In this document: positions 16,763 to 25,591 of the stretch, one piece after another
How positions within the stretch are numbered: the first letter of the stretch is position 1
How the letters are laid out: the number at the start of each line of letters is the position of its first letter
From: an uncultured beta proteobacterium
Lineage (GTDB): Bacteria > Pseudomonadota > Gammaproteobacteria > Burkholderiales > SG8-41
Assembly: GCA_903889565.1 (NCBI GenBank)
Contig: CAISYC010000018.1
Location: forward strand, 18,712-82,711
Direction: 5' to 3'
DNA: 64,000 nucleotides
Position numbers and translations under genes: made by a program
The notes under the pieces: generated by a model
Told to the model about the DNA's origin: nothing
Seen by the model: only the letters and a program-made list of their open reading frames with translations
The model's database searches: none

Positions 16763-17947
16763 ATGGATTTCCGTTTAACCGAGGAACAACGAGCGTGGCA
16801 ACTGATCGCGCGCAAATTCGCTGACGAAGAAATCAGCAGGATCTCGATCGCGCGCGACACGATCGCCGAGCCGCGCGAGACCTTCGACTGGGAGATCATC
16901 TGCAAGGGCTCGCGCCTCGGTCTGCGCACGCTCGGCGTGCCGAAGCAGTGGGGCGGGCCCGGGGTCGATTTCACCACCCAGGCGATCGTCATGGCCGAAC
17001 TCGCGCGCGGCGACAGCGCGATTGCGAAAACCTTCAGCCAGTGCTGGAAGTGGTGCCACCTGATCATGGACCGTTGCACGCCCGAGCAGCAGGAGCGTTT
17101 TCTCAAGCCCTTCATGGCTGACGACGGTTTCGTGCTGGGCGGCGGCATCACCGAACCCAACGCCGGCTCCGACAACCGCCTGCCGCCGGCGATTGCGCCG
17201 AAGAGCGGCCTGCGCCTGTCTGCCAAGTGCGAAGGCGACGAGTGGGTGCTCAACGGCGAAAAATGTTTCATCGCCAATGCCAACATCGGCAAGCTGATCT
17301 TCGTATTCACGCGCACCAACCCGGATGTCGCGGTGCGCGACGGCACCACCATCTTCGCGCTGCCAATGCCGGCCCAGGGTGTCCGTGTCGGCAAGGTCTT
17401 CAATAAAAGCGGCTGGCGCTTTTATCAGAACGCCGAACTCATTTTCGAAAACGCGCGCGTGCCGCACTGCAATCTGATGGGCGTGCTCAACGGCGCGATG
17501 AAACACCAGGGGGGCAAGAACGCCAAGTTCGCCGAGCTCGAATATTCGGCGAACGCGGTCGGCGTCTGCGACGCCGCCGTCGACATGGCGATGAAACATG
17601 CGAAGACCGAAAAACGCGGCGGCCGTCCGCTCGCCGACCAGCAGGTCGTGCAGTTGCAGTTGGCCGAGATGCACATGCGCACCGAAGCGCTGCGCTCCTT
17701 CATGCTGCGGGTGGCGACCGAAAGCGACGATGAAGGGAACGAACATTTCGCGCACAGCCACTTTTTGATGAACTTCGCCACCGAAGCGATCCAGCGCGTG
17801 TGCAATCTTAACCAGACGATTCACGGCTACGCCGACGGCCGCCATCGTGCCGGCGCCGACAAGCTGGTGCGCGACGCCATCATCTGGACGCATATCGCCG
17901 GCGACGCGGTGCAGCGGATGAAGGCGGTGAGTTTTCTGCTGAAGTAG
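16763..17947 (+). CDS. acyl-CoA dehydrogenase family protein
   Basis: ORF 16733..17947. ATG 16763. MDFRLTEEQRAWQLIARKFADEEI is a typical ACAD N-terminus. Also ITEPNAGSD, CFIANA, and the C-terminal helical domain with IWTHIAGDAVQR. Confidence 0.88.
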   Translation: MDFRLTEEQRAWQLIARKFADEEISRISIARDTIAEPRETFDWEIICKGSRLGLRTLGVPKQWGGPGVDFTTQAIVMAELARGDSAIAKTFSQCWKWCHLIMDRCTPEQQERFLKPFMADDGFVLGGGITEPNAGSDNRLPPAIAPKSGLRLSAKCEGDEWVLNGEKCFIANANIGKLIFVFTRTNPDVAVRDGTTIFALPMPAQGVRVGKVFNKSGWRFYQNAELIFENARVPHCNLMGVLNGAMKHQGGKNAKFAELEYSANAVGVCDAAVDMAMKHAKTEKRGGRPLADQQVVQLQLAEMHMRTEALRSFMLRVATESDDEGNEHFAHSHFLMNFATEAIQRVCNLNQTIHGYADGRHRAGADKLVRDAIIWTHIAGDAVQRMKAVSFLLK

Positions 17948-18028
17948 GGTTGTATTGCCCGCCTGAACGATTGCCGACTCTCGGTTAGAATCAAGTCTAC
18001 AAAAACAGAAATCCACGGGGAGCGGCAA

Positions 18029-18817
18029 GTGAATATCATAGTCACGGTCAAGCAGGTGGCGGATCCGAATATTCCGCCGGCGCACATCCAGCTCGATCCC
18101 GACGGCAAGCGCATTATTTCGCCATTCGGCGTGCCGCCGGTGATCAACGGCTACGACGCCAACGCGCTCGAAGAGGCGATCCGTCTGAAGGAGAAGCACG
18201 GCGGCAAGATCACCGCGGTCTGCCTCGGCGACGACAGCAGCCGTGAATCGCTGAAGTACGCGGTGGCGATGGGTGCGGATACCGCGATCCTGATCAACGA
18301 TCCGGATCTGGTCAACGGCGACAGCGCCACGGTGGGCCGCGCGCTGGCCGCCGCAATCAAGAAGATCGGCGGCTGCGATCTGGTGCTGTGCGGACGCCAG
18401 GCGTCCGATACCGACGGCGGGCAGGTGCTGCACTGGATCGCCGAGGCGCTCGATTTGCCGACGGTGGTGCCGGTGACCAAAATCGAAGCGGTCGAAGGCC
18501 AACAGCTCACGGTGCACCGCCTGATCGAAGACGGCTATCAACGGATCAAGGTCGAACTGCCGGCGCTGCTCGGCGTGTCGAGCGAAATCAACGAGGCGCG
18601 TCACCCGAGCGTGCGCGGCACCATGGCGGCGGGGCGCGCGATGATCGCCGGCTGGAAGGCCGCCGACATCGGGCTCGCAGCGCAGACGCCGAAGGTCGAA
18701 TTGCGCGAACTGCAGATCCAGGTGCGTACCACCAAGGCGGAACTGATACCGGGTAGCACGGGCGCGGCGCAGGGCGCGGCACTCGCCGACAAATTGCATG
18801 AACTGGGGTTGATCTGA
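18029..18817 (+). CDS. etfB: electron transfer flavoprotein beta subunit
   Basis: GTG start. MNIIVTVKQVADPNIP...VINGYDANALEEAIRLKEKHGGKITAVCLG...DLVLCGRQASDTDGGQV. The stop overlaps the etfA ATG (TGATG). Confidence 0.88.
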   Translation: MNIIVTVKQVADPNIPPAHIQLDPDGKRIISPFGVPPVINGYDANALEEAIRLKEKHGGKITAVCLGDDSSRESLKYAVAMGADTAILINDPDLVNGDSATVGRALAAAIKKIGGCDLVLCGRQASDTDGGQVLHWIAEALDLPTVVPVTKIEAVEGQQLTVHRLIEDGYQRIKVELPALLGVSSEINEARHPSVRGTMAAGRAMIAGWKAADIGLAAQTPKVELRELQIQVRTTKAELIPGSTGAAQGAALADKLHELGLI

Positions 18818-19788
18818 TGGCCGGCGTACTGGTGTTTGGCGATACGGTCGGCGGCGCGCTCGCGCCGGCGTCTCTTGAAATGGCGGTAGCCGGCGCGGCG
18901 TTGGCGCAGGCATTGAACGAACCTCTGACCGGCGCATTGATCGGCGACGATCTCGCCGCGGTGGCTGCAGAATTCAACGGCGGATTCGCGACGCTGCATC
19001 TGATTGAAGGCAAGCATCTGCGGCCATACACGGCACGCAGCGCGATCGCCGCGGCGAAAGCGGCGATCGACGCCGCCGCGCCGTCGGTGGTGCTGTTTCC
19101 GCACACGCTGGAAACCCGCGAGTGGGTGCCGCGGCTGGCGGCGATGCTCGACACCGGACTGGTGATGGATTGCACCGCGCTTAACGCCGAAGGCAGCGAT
19201 CTGGTCGTCAGCAAACCTGTTTACGGCGGCGGTGTGACGGCGCAGTACGTGGTGCGCGGAAACATCCGTCTCGTGACGGTGCGCACCGGCGTGTTCGAGG
19301 CGCGCGCGGGCGCGGCGACGGGGGCGGTCAACAAGATCGCGGCGGTCGAGCCGGCGGCGGGTCGCGTCACGCTGATCGACGAGGCCAAAGCAGCTGCAGC
19401 GAGCGGCGTGCGTCTGAAGGATGCGAAGGTGATCGTCTCCGGCGGGCGCGGACTCGGCGGACCGGCCAACTGGCATTACATCGAGGAAACCGCGGCGGCG
19501 ATCGGCGGTGCGGTCGGCTGTTCGCGGCCGGTGGCCGACTCTGGCTGGGTGTCGTCGGCGCATCAGGTCGGCTTGAGCGGCACCAGCGTCAAGCCCGACT
19601 TGTATATCGCGGTCGGCATTTCGGGCGCGGTGCAGCATCTCGCCGGCATCAGCAATTCGAGCACAGTGGTGGCGATCAATCTCGACGGCGACGCCGACAT
19701 GTTCACGCGCGCCAACTACGGCGTGGTCGGCGACTACAAGGACGTGCTGCCGGGCTTCATTGAACGCGCCAAACAGTTGCGCGGCTAG
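18817..19788 (+). CDS. etfA: electron transfer flavoprotein alpha subunit
   Basis: 323 aa. C-terminal FAD domain: VIVSGGRGLGGPANWHYIEETAAAIGGAVGCSRPVADSGWVSSAHQVGLSGTSVKPDLYIAVGISGAVQHLAGI. Confidence 0.9.
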   Translation: MAGVLVFGDTVGGALAPASLEMAVAGAALAQALNEPLTGALIGDDLAAVAAEFNGGFATLHLIEGKHLRPYTARSAIAAAKAAIDAAAPSVVLFPHTLETREWVPRLAAMLDTGLVMDCTALNAEGSDLVVSKPVYGGGVTAQYVVRGNIRLVTVRTGVFEARAGAATGAVNKIAAVEPAAGRVTLIDEAKAAAASGVRLKDAKVIVSGGRGLGGPANWHYIEETAAAIGGAVGCSRPVADSGWVSSAHQVGLSGTSVKPDLYIAVGISGAVQHLAGISNSSTVVAINLDGDADMFTRANYGVVGDYKDVLPGFIERAKQLRG

Positions 19789-19815
19789 CGACGCAGAACA
19801 GACAGGAGTGCGGTG

Positions 19816-21213
19816 ATGCCGGGAGCAGCGGACGGCGCGGCGCCGTTAGTGGCAGCGAGTGCGGGGACGGCGGGTGTCACCGCCGTCATCGCGCAACTGG
19901 TCAGCGGCTTCGATGGCAGTCGCATCCATGCGGAGGCGCTGACGCGTGCCAAACACGGCATGCTCGACGCCCTCGGTGTGGCGCTGGCCGGCGTCAACGA
20001 ACCGGTGTCTAAAATCATGCTCGATTACGCGGCCGAATTGCCGGCGGGCGCGGGCGCGACGATCTGGGGCGGAAGGCGCAGGGTTTTATTGACGGAAGCG
20101 GCGCTGGTCAACGGCACGCTGGCGCATGCGCTCGATTACGACGACATGAACCGCTCCATGCTCGGGCACCCGAGTGCGGTGCTGACCGCGGCGCTGCTGC
20201 CGCTGGCGGAAACGCTCCGATTGCCCGGCCGCAAGGTTGTCGAAGCCTACATCGTCGGTCTCGAGGCGATGGCGCGCATCGGCCGCATTTTCGGACTCAA
20301 GGCTTACGATTACAGCTGGCATCCGACCGCGGTGCTGGGCACACTCGGCGCCGCCGCGGGCGCGAGCTATCTCCTGCGGCTCGATTACTCGCAGACCATC
20401 AACGCGCTCGGCATTGCTGCTTCCGAAGCGTCGGGGCTGAAGAAAAATTTCGGTGCCATGATGAAGTCGGTGCATGCGGGGAGTGCTGCGCGCAAAGGCA
20501 TCTGGGCGGCACAGTTCGCGCGGCGCGGACTCGCAGCCGATGCCGCAGTGTTTGAAGGCAAATTCGGTTTTCTCGACATGTTCAACGGCATGCCGGATGC
20601 GCACGAAGCGCCGGATGCGGCATCGCGGCCGCTCGACATCATCGCCGCCGGACTGGTGTTCAAGCAGTATCCCTGTTGCGGCGGATTGCATTCATTGCTC
20701 GACGTCATGCTCGATCTCGGCGCAGGCAAGGGGCTGCATGCCGACGACGTGGCGGAAATCGAATGCCGTGTGCATCCGCAGAAGGTGGCTTATCTCGACC
20801 GCCCGCAGCCGGCGGATCCGCTGGCGGCTAAATTCAGCATCCAGTATTGCGTTGCCGTCGCCTTGCTGCGCGGCAAGGTCGGTCTTGCAGACTTTACCGT
20901 TGACGCAATTGTCGATGCTTCAGTGCGCGCGCTGATGAAAAAAATCCGCATCAGCGGGCGCGAGGACTTTGCCGGTTTCGAATGCGAACTCGTCGTGCGC
21001 ACAACCGGCGGCAGCGAAATCACGGGGCGCGCACGCGAAGCGCGCGGTTCGATGAGCAACCCTTTGTCGGAGGCGGAGCTGCTGCGCAAGTTCACCGACT
21101 GCGCGGAAGCGATTTTGACGCCGGCGCAGGCGGCCGAGGCCGGTGCTGCATTGCTCGCGTTCGATTGCGAAAGCGATCTGGATCGTGTGCTTGGGTTGTT
21201 GTGTCCGCGTTGA
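19816..21213 (+). CDS. MmgE/PrpD family protein (2-methylcitrate dehydratase superfamily)
   Basis: ORF 19813..21213. ATG 19816 is 7 nt after AGGAG. Motifs: KHGMLDALGVALAG, NGTLAHALDYDD, SWHPTAVLG, KSVHAGSAARKG. Confidence 0.85.
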   Translation: MPGAADGAAPLVAASAGTAGVTAVIAQLVSGFDGSRIHAEALTRAKHGMLDALGVALAGVNEPVSKIMLDYAAELPAGAGATIWGGRRRVLLTEAALVNGTLAHALDYDDMNRSMLGHPSAVLTAALLPLAETLRLPGRKVVEAYIVGLEAMARIGRIFGLKAYDYSWHPTAVLGTLGAAAGASYLLRLDYSQTINALGIAASEASGLKKNFGAMMKSVHAGSAARKGIWAAQFARRGLAADAAVFEGKFGFLDMFNGMPDAHEAPDAASRPLDIIAAGLVFKQYPCCGGLHSLLDVMLDLGAGKGLHADDVAEIECRVHPQKVAYLDRPQPADPLAAKFSIQYCVAVALLRGKVGLADFTVDAIVDASVRALMKKIRISGREDFAGFECELVVRTTGGSEITGRAREARGSMSNPLSEAELLRKFTDCAEAILTPAQAAEAGAALLAFDCESDLDRVLGLLCPR

Positions 21214-21234
21214 AGGGGGATGTTTTGGGGTTCG

Positions 21235-21301
21235 GTAGCCCGGATGGAATGAAATGAAATCCGGGGCCGGAATCCCGGAATGCGCTGCGCTCATGCCGGG
21301 C
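21235..21301. repeat. REP-like intergenic element (CCGGAT...ATCCGG type)
   Basis: GTAGCCCGGATGGAATGAAATGAAATCCGGGGCCGGAATCCCGGAATGCGCTGCGCTCATGCCGGGC. The hairpin CCCGGAT/ATCCGGG is at 21239-21265. The minus frame reads ...PDFISFHPGY..., a pseudo-peptide I recall from REP-like elements of high-GC proteobacteria. There is only one copy in this window. Confidence 0.35.
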
Positions 21302-21336
21302 CAGGGGTTGTTAACAATGCGGACGGGAAAATATCA

Positions 21337-22314
21337 ATGCTGATAATACGCATGATGATCGCGGGTTTGTGCGGTGCCGTTGCCGCCTCGGCGGGCGCGC
21401 AGGGCTGGAAACCCGAACACAACGTCGAAATTTCCGTCGGCACCGCACCCGGCGGCGGCGCCGACCGCACTGCGCGTTTCATCCAGAAGCTGATTGCCGA
21501 ACGCAAAACCATGCCGTATGCAGTGATCGTGACCAACAAACCGGGCGGCGGCGGCACCATTGCGATGCGCTATCTGAATTCGCATCCGGGCGACGCGCAT
21601 TTTCTGCAGATGTATTCACCCAATGTGCTGGCCGGCTATATCACCGGTCAGGTCTCGATCAATTACAGCGAAGTGACGCCGATTGCGACGCTCTATTCGG
21701 AGCACATGCTGGTCGCGGTGCGCAGCGATTCACCGGTGAAGGACGGCCGCGATCTGATTGCGCGCCTCAAGGCGGATCCGAAATCGCTGTCGATGACGGT
21801 CGGCATCGGACTCGGCAACATGAACCACATCGGCGCGGCGCTGCCGCTGCGCGCCGGCGGCGTCGATGTGAAGCAGGTCAAGGCGGTGGTGTTCAATACC
21901 GTGGCCGAATCGGTGACCGCGGTGATCGGCGGCCACATCGACATCGTCGCTGCCACACCCTCGACCGTATTGGCGCAGGTGCAGTCAGGCCGCCTGCGCG
22001 TGCTTGGCATCACCGCGCCTGCTCGCGTGCCCGGCCTGTTCGCGCAATATCCGACCTGGCGCGAGCAGGGCATCGACAGCATCGCCTCGTTCTGGCACGC
22101 GGTGGTCGGCCCTGCCGGCATGACGCCGGCCCAGATCCAGTACTGGGAGGAGCAACTCGCCGCGCTGGCAGCGACCGACGAGTGGAAAAAGCAGCTCGAA
22201 GAAAATTACCTGACCGGGCAGTTTCTGAAATCGGCCGACAGCACCAAGTTTCTGCGCGGGCAGTACAACGAGATCAAATCGATCCTCACCGAACTCGGCA
22301 TGGCCAGACAGTAA
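21337..22314 (+). CDS. TctC-type tripartite tricarboxylate transporter substrate-binding protein (divergent from the other 16 paralogs)
   Basis: ORF 21280..22314. ATG 21337. Signal peptide MLIIRMMIAGLCGAVAASAGAQG. SVGTAPGGGADRTARF, TNKPGGGGTIA, GRLRVLGIT. It lacks the YPxKPxR N-terminal motif of the other copies. Confidence 0.8.
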   Translation: MLIIRMMIAGLCGAVAASAGAQGWKPEHNVEISVGTAPGGGADRTARFIQKLIAERKTMPYAVIVTNKPGGGGTIAMRYLNSHPGDAHFLQMYSPNVLAGYITGQVSINYSEVTPIATLYSEHMLVAVRSDSPVKDGRDLIARLKADPKSLSMTVGIGLGNMNHIGAALPLRAGGVDVKQVKAVVFNTVAESVTAVIGGHIDIVAATPSTVLAQVQSGRLRVLGITAPARVPGLFAQYPTWREQGIDSIASFWHAVVGPAGMTPAQIQYWEEQLAALAATDEWKKQLEENYLTGQFLKSADSTKFLRGQYNEIKSILTELGMARQ

Positions 22315-22343
22315 ATTCATATCGAATCACACAGGGAGTCTGC

Positions 22344-23411
22344 ATGAACCTTCAACGCATGGCGGCGCTTGCCGCAATCTGTTTCGCTGCGCCGGTGTTC
22401 GCGCAGGACGTGGTCAATCTGTCGTCGGTGCCGGTCAACGTGGTGCGCGGCCACATTCCGGCCGACCGCGCGCCGGTGCTCAGGATCAAATCGGGGCAGA
22501 CCGTCGCCATCGACACGATTTCGCATCAGGGGGTGAGCACGCCGGAGGGCGCGGTCGCCTTTTTCGGCAAGGGCGGCGTCAAGCCGGCCGACGTGCTGCC
22601 CGATGCGATCGCGGTGCAGAAGGAAGTGCAGATTCCGCAGGGCGGCGGCACGCATGTGCTGACCGGGCCGATCTTTGTCGAGGGCGCCGAGCCGGGCGAC
22701 ATGCTCGAAGTGCGCGTGATCAACGTCGAGCTGCGCGTGCCGTACGGCGTCAATGCGTCGAACAAGGGCACCGGCGTGCTGCCGGACCAGCTCGACTCGG
22801 CGATGTTCCGTGTGATTCATCTCGATCCGAAACGCAATGTCGCGCTGTTTGCGCCGGGAATCGAAGTGCCGCTCGCCCCCTTCATGGGCATCATGGTGGT
22901 GGCGCCGCCGCCCGGCGACGCGATGGTGAGTTCGCGTCCGCCCGGCAGCTATGGCGGCAATCTCGATCTGAAACAACTCACGCGCGGGGCTTCGCTTTAT
23001 CTGCCCGTCTATAACGCCGGCGCGCTGTTCTATACCGGCGATGCGCACACCGCGCAGGGCGACGGCGAAGTGGACGGCACCGCGATCGAGACCTCGCTGA
23101 AGCCGACGCTGCAGTTCATTGTGCATAAGGGCCAGGGCGCGGCAATGAAGTCGCCGCGCGCCGAAACCGCCACGCATTACATCGCCATCGGTCTGGACAA
23201 GGATCTTAATGTCGCGCTGAAAAACGCGGTGCAGGAGGCGGCGAATTTTCTGATGCGGGAAAAGGGGCTGGATGCCGGCGCCGCCTACGCGCTGTGCAGC
23301 ATCGCGGTTGATTTTCGCGTCGCCGAGGCGGTCAATCTGGTGCAGGGTGTCTACGGCATGATTCCGAAGGCGCTGTTCAAAGACAAACAGGACTACTGGT
23401 TCAAACCCTAG
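22344..23411 (+). CDS. acetamidase/formamidase family protein with a signal peptide
   Basis: This is the 3-prime part of ORF 21369..23411; ATG 22344 follows AGGGAG. Signal peptide MNLQRMAALAAICFAAPVFAQ. TGPIFVEGAEPGDMLEVRV, GGNLDLKQLTRGASLYLPV, FYTGDAHTAQGDGEVDGTAIETS are FmdA/AmdA family motifs. Confidence 0.85.
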   Translation: MNLQRMAALAAICFAAPVFAQDVVNLSSVPVNVVRGHIPADRAPVLRIKSGQTVAIDTISHQGVSTPEGAVAFFGKGGVKPADVLPDAIAVQKEVQIPQGGGTHVLTGPIFVEGAEPGDMLEVRVINVELRVPYGVNASNKGTGVLPDQLDSAMFRVIHLDPKRNVALFAPGIEVPLAPFMGIMVVAPPPGDAMVSSRPPGSYGGNLDLKQLTRGASLYLPVYNAGALFYTGDAHTAQGDGEVDGTAIETSLKPTLQFIVHKGQGAAMKSPRAETATHYIAIGLDKDLNVALKNAVQEAANFLMREKGLDAGAAYALCSIAVDFRVAEAVNLVQGVYGMIPKALFKDKQDYWFKP

Positions 23412-23475
23412 GCGCTGCGCACAGCAGTTTGCGCAGATCAAAGCGCCAGGCGGTGTAAACGCGGCGGAGGAAAAC

Positions 23476-24450
23476 ATGGCAACAATGCGATGCTGTGCGG
23501 CGCTGCTGCTGGTCGCGGGCGCGGCGTTCGCCGCCGGTGCAGCGGCGCAGGCTTATCCGTCGCAGCCGGTTCGCATGCTGGTCGGTTACGGCGCCGGCGG
23601 CGGCGCCGACACGCTGATACGCGCGCTGGCGCCGGAACTGGGCGAACTGCTGGGGCAACAACTGATCATCGACAACCGGCCGGGCGGCGGCACCGTAATC
23701 GCGACGCAACTGGTGGCGGCGAGCAAGCCCGACGGTTACACCCTCTACGTCGCGGACAACGCCTATATCGTCAATCCCTTCCTGATGTCGAAGTTGCCGT
23801 ACGACAGCCTGAAAAGTTTCACACCCGTCATCGCGCTGTCGTCGGACAGCCAGGTGCTGGCTTTTGTTCACCCTTCGTTGCCGGTAAGGACGCTGAAGGA
23901 GTTGATCGCGCTGGCGAAGGCGCGCCCCGGGCAGCTCAATTTTGCCTCGGGCGGCAACGGCACGCTGCCGCACATCATGGGCGAAATGCTGCAATCGGCG
24001 GCGCATATCCGGCTCGCGCACATTCCCTACAAGAGCACGGCGGCGGCGATCTTTGCCGTGACCAGCGGCGAAGTCTCGATCGGCTTCGGCGGGATTTTTG
24101 CGGTCAAGGGTCTGGTGCAGTCGGGCAAGCTGCGCGTACTGGCAATTGCCAGCGGCGTGCGCAATCCGCTGATGCCGCAGGTGCCGACCTTCATCGAGGC
24201 CGGCGGTCCCCCGCTCGACGGCACCGGTTATCGCGGATTGCTGGCGCCTGCAGGCACGCCGCGCGAAGTCATCATGCGGCTCAACGCCGAGGCCAACAAG
24301 GCGCTGAAGATGCCGGCGGTGCGGGCGCGCTTCGCCGATCTGGCGTTGACTCCGCTGGGCGGCACGCCCGAAGACTTTGCGCGCATCATCGCCGCCGAAA
24401 TGGACAAGTGGGGCGGTATCATTCGCGACGCCGGCATTCGCGTTGAATGA
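23476..24450 (+). CDS. Bug/TctC-family periplasmic solute-binding protein
   Basis: 324 aa. MATMRCCAALLLVAGAAFAAGAAAQAYPSQPVRMLVGYGAGGGADT, PDGYTLYV, IPYKSTAAA. Confidence 0.92.
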   Translation: MATMRCCAALLLVAGAAFAAGAAAQAYPSQPVRMLVGYGAGGGADTLIRALAPELGELLGQQLIIDNRPGGGTVIATQLVAASKPDGYTLYVADNAYIVNPFLMSKLPYDSLKSFTPVIALSSDSQVLAFVHPSLPVRTLKELIALAKARPGQLNFASGGNGTLPHIMGEMLQSAAHIRLAHIPYKSTAAAIFAVTSGEVSIGFGGIFAVKGLVQSGKLRVLAIASGVRNPLMPQVPTFIEAGGPPLDGTGYRGLLAPAGTPREVIMRLNAEANKALKMPAVRARFADLALTPLGGTPEDFARIIAAEMDKWGGIIRDAGIRVE

Positions 24451-25547
24451 GTGCGGCTGCCGTCCGTTTTCACGATTGGAACAGTGCATTGCGCGCATTA
24501 ACTGCCCGTAATTTTCGCCGGGTTCCTGCAGCAGCGCGCGCCGCAACCGGCGCGTCGATGATCTGCTGCGTGATCGCCGGCGTGATCGCCGGCGTGACCG
24601 CCGCATTGGATGCGCGGGCAGCGGATTCCCGCGCTGCCGGCGATAACTATCCGGTCAAACCGATTCGCATTGTTTTGCCGCTGGTGTCCGGCGGCAGCGG
24701 CGATACGATTGCGCGCGCGGTCGGTGAAATGCTGTCTGAATCGCTGGCGCAGCAGGTGGTCATCGACAATCGTCCCGGCGCCAACGGCATCATCGGCATG
24801 GAACTGGTGGCGCGCAGTGCCGCCGACGGTTACACGCTGCTGCTGGCTTCAGGGGCCAATGCGGCGATCAACCCGGCGGTCTATCGGGACAAACTGCCCT
24901 TCGATATCGAGCGCGATTTCGTGCCGGTGACGGAAGTCGCCGCGCAGAGTTTCGTCGCGCACGTGGCCCCCGCATTTCAGGCCAAAAACATCGCCGAGCT
25001 GATCGCGCTGGCGAAGAGCAAACCCGGCGTCATCAACTATGCTTCGGCCGGCACCGGTTCGACTGCACACATGCTGGCGGCACTGTTTGCGAGCATGACC
25101 GGAACGCGTTTCACCCACATTCCCTATAAGGGCGCGCCGCAGGGGCGCGTGGCGGTGATGGCGCGCGAGTGCGATTTCATGTTCGATGGTTTGCTGGCGA
25201 CGCTGCCGTTGATCAGGAGCGGCAAATTGCGCGCCCTCGGCGTGACGGGGAGCAAACGCTCGCCGGTGGCGCCGGAGATTCCGACCGTCGCCGAAGCGGG
25301 CGTGCCCGGTTACAGCGGTGACGCCTGGTATGGTCTGTTTGCGCCGCGCGCGACAGCGAAGGCGATTGTCGTCAAACTGAATGCGGTGGTCGTGCAGGCG
25401 CTGCAACAGCCGGAACGGCGCGAACGGCTGCTCGCACAGGGCGTCGAAGGCGTTGGCAGCACGCCGGAGGTGTTTGCAGCCTTCCTCGGCAGCGAATTGA
25501 AAAAATGGGCCCGCGTGGTCGGCGATGCCGGCATCAAGCCGGAATAG
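24447..25547 (+). CDS. Bug/TctC-family periplasmic solute-binding protein (start ambiguous)
   Basis: ATG 24447 overlaps the previous stop (ATGA) and would give a long RR-containing leader (NFRRVPAAARAATGASMICCVIAGVIAGVTAALDARA). ATG 24558 is the alternative. Mature part: NYPVKPIRIVLPLVSGGSGDT, ADGYTLLL, IPYKGAPQG, GVPGY. Confidence 0.88.
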   Translation: MSAAAVRFHDWNSALRALTARNFRRVPAAARAATGASMICCVIAGVIAGVTAALDARAADSRAAGDNYPVKPIRIVLPLVSGGSGDTIARAVGEMLSESLAQQVVIDNRPGANGIIGMELVARSAADGYTLLLASGANAAINPAVYRDKLPFDIERDFVPVTEVAAQSFVAHVAPAFQAKNIAELIALAKSKPGVINYASAGTGSTAHMLAALFASMTGTRFTHIPYKGAPQGRVAVMARECDFMFDGLLATLPLIRSGKLRALGVTGSKRSPVAPEIPTVAEAGVPGYSGDAWYGLFAPRATAKAIVVKLNAVVVQALQQPERRERLLAQGVEGVGSTPEVFAAFLGSELKKWARVVGDAGIKPE

Positions 25548-25591
25548 AATCGGCGCACATTGCTTTACAACTATAACGGATTGAGCAAAGA

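Noticed and set aside
16775-18937. 720-aa minus-strand ORF covering the ACAD and etfB region
   Set aside because: It is antisense to two genes with clear family motifs. The product is Arg/Ala/Gly/His-rich with no recognisable domain. This is a typical shadow ORF of high-GC DNA.
21369-22343. Apparent 680-aa fusion ORF 21369..23411 overlapping the TctC-type gene
   Set aside because: The first 325 codons lie in an alternative frame of the receptor gene and are Arg/Pro-rich. The amidase domain starts at ATG 22344, which has an RBS and a signal peptide.
24570-24599. 12-bp tandem duplication GTGATCGCCGGC x2 (plus a partial third copy) inside a Bug leader
   Set aside because: It encodes VIAGVIAGV within a hydrophobic signal-peptide core. 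It is likely a trivial slippage duplication with no functional implication that I can support.
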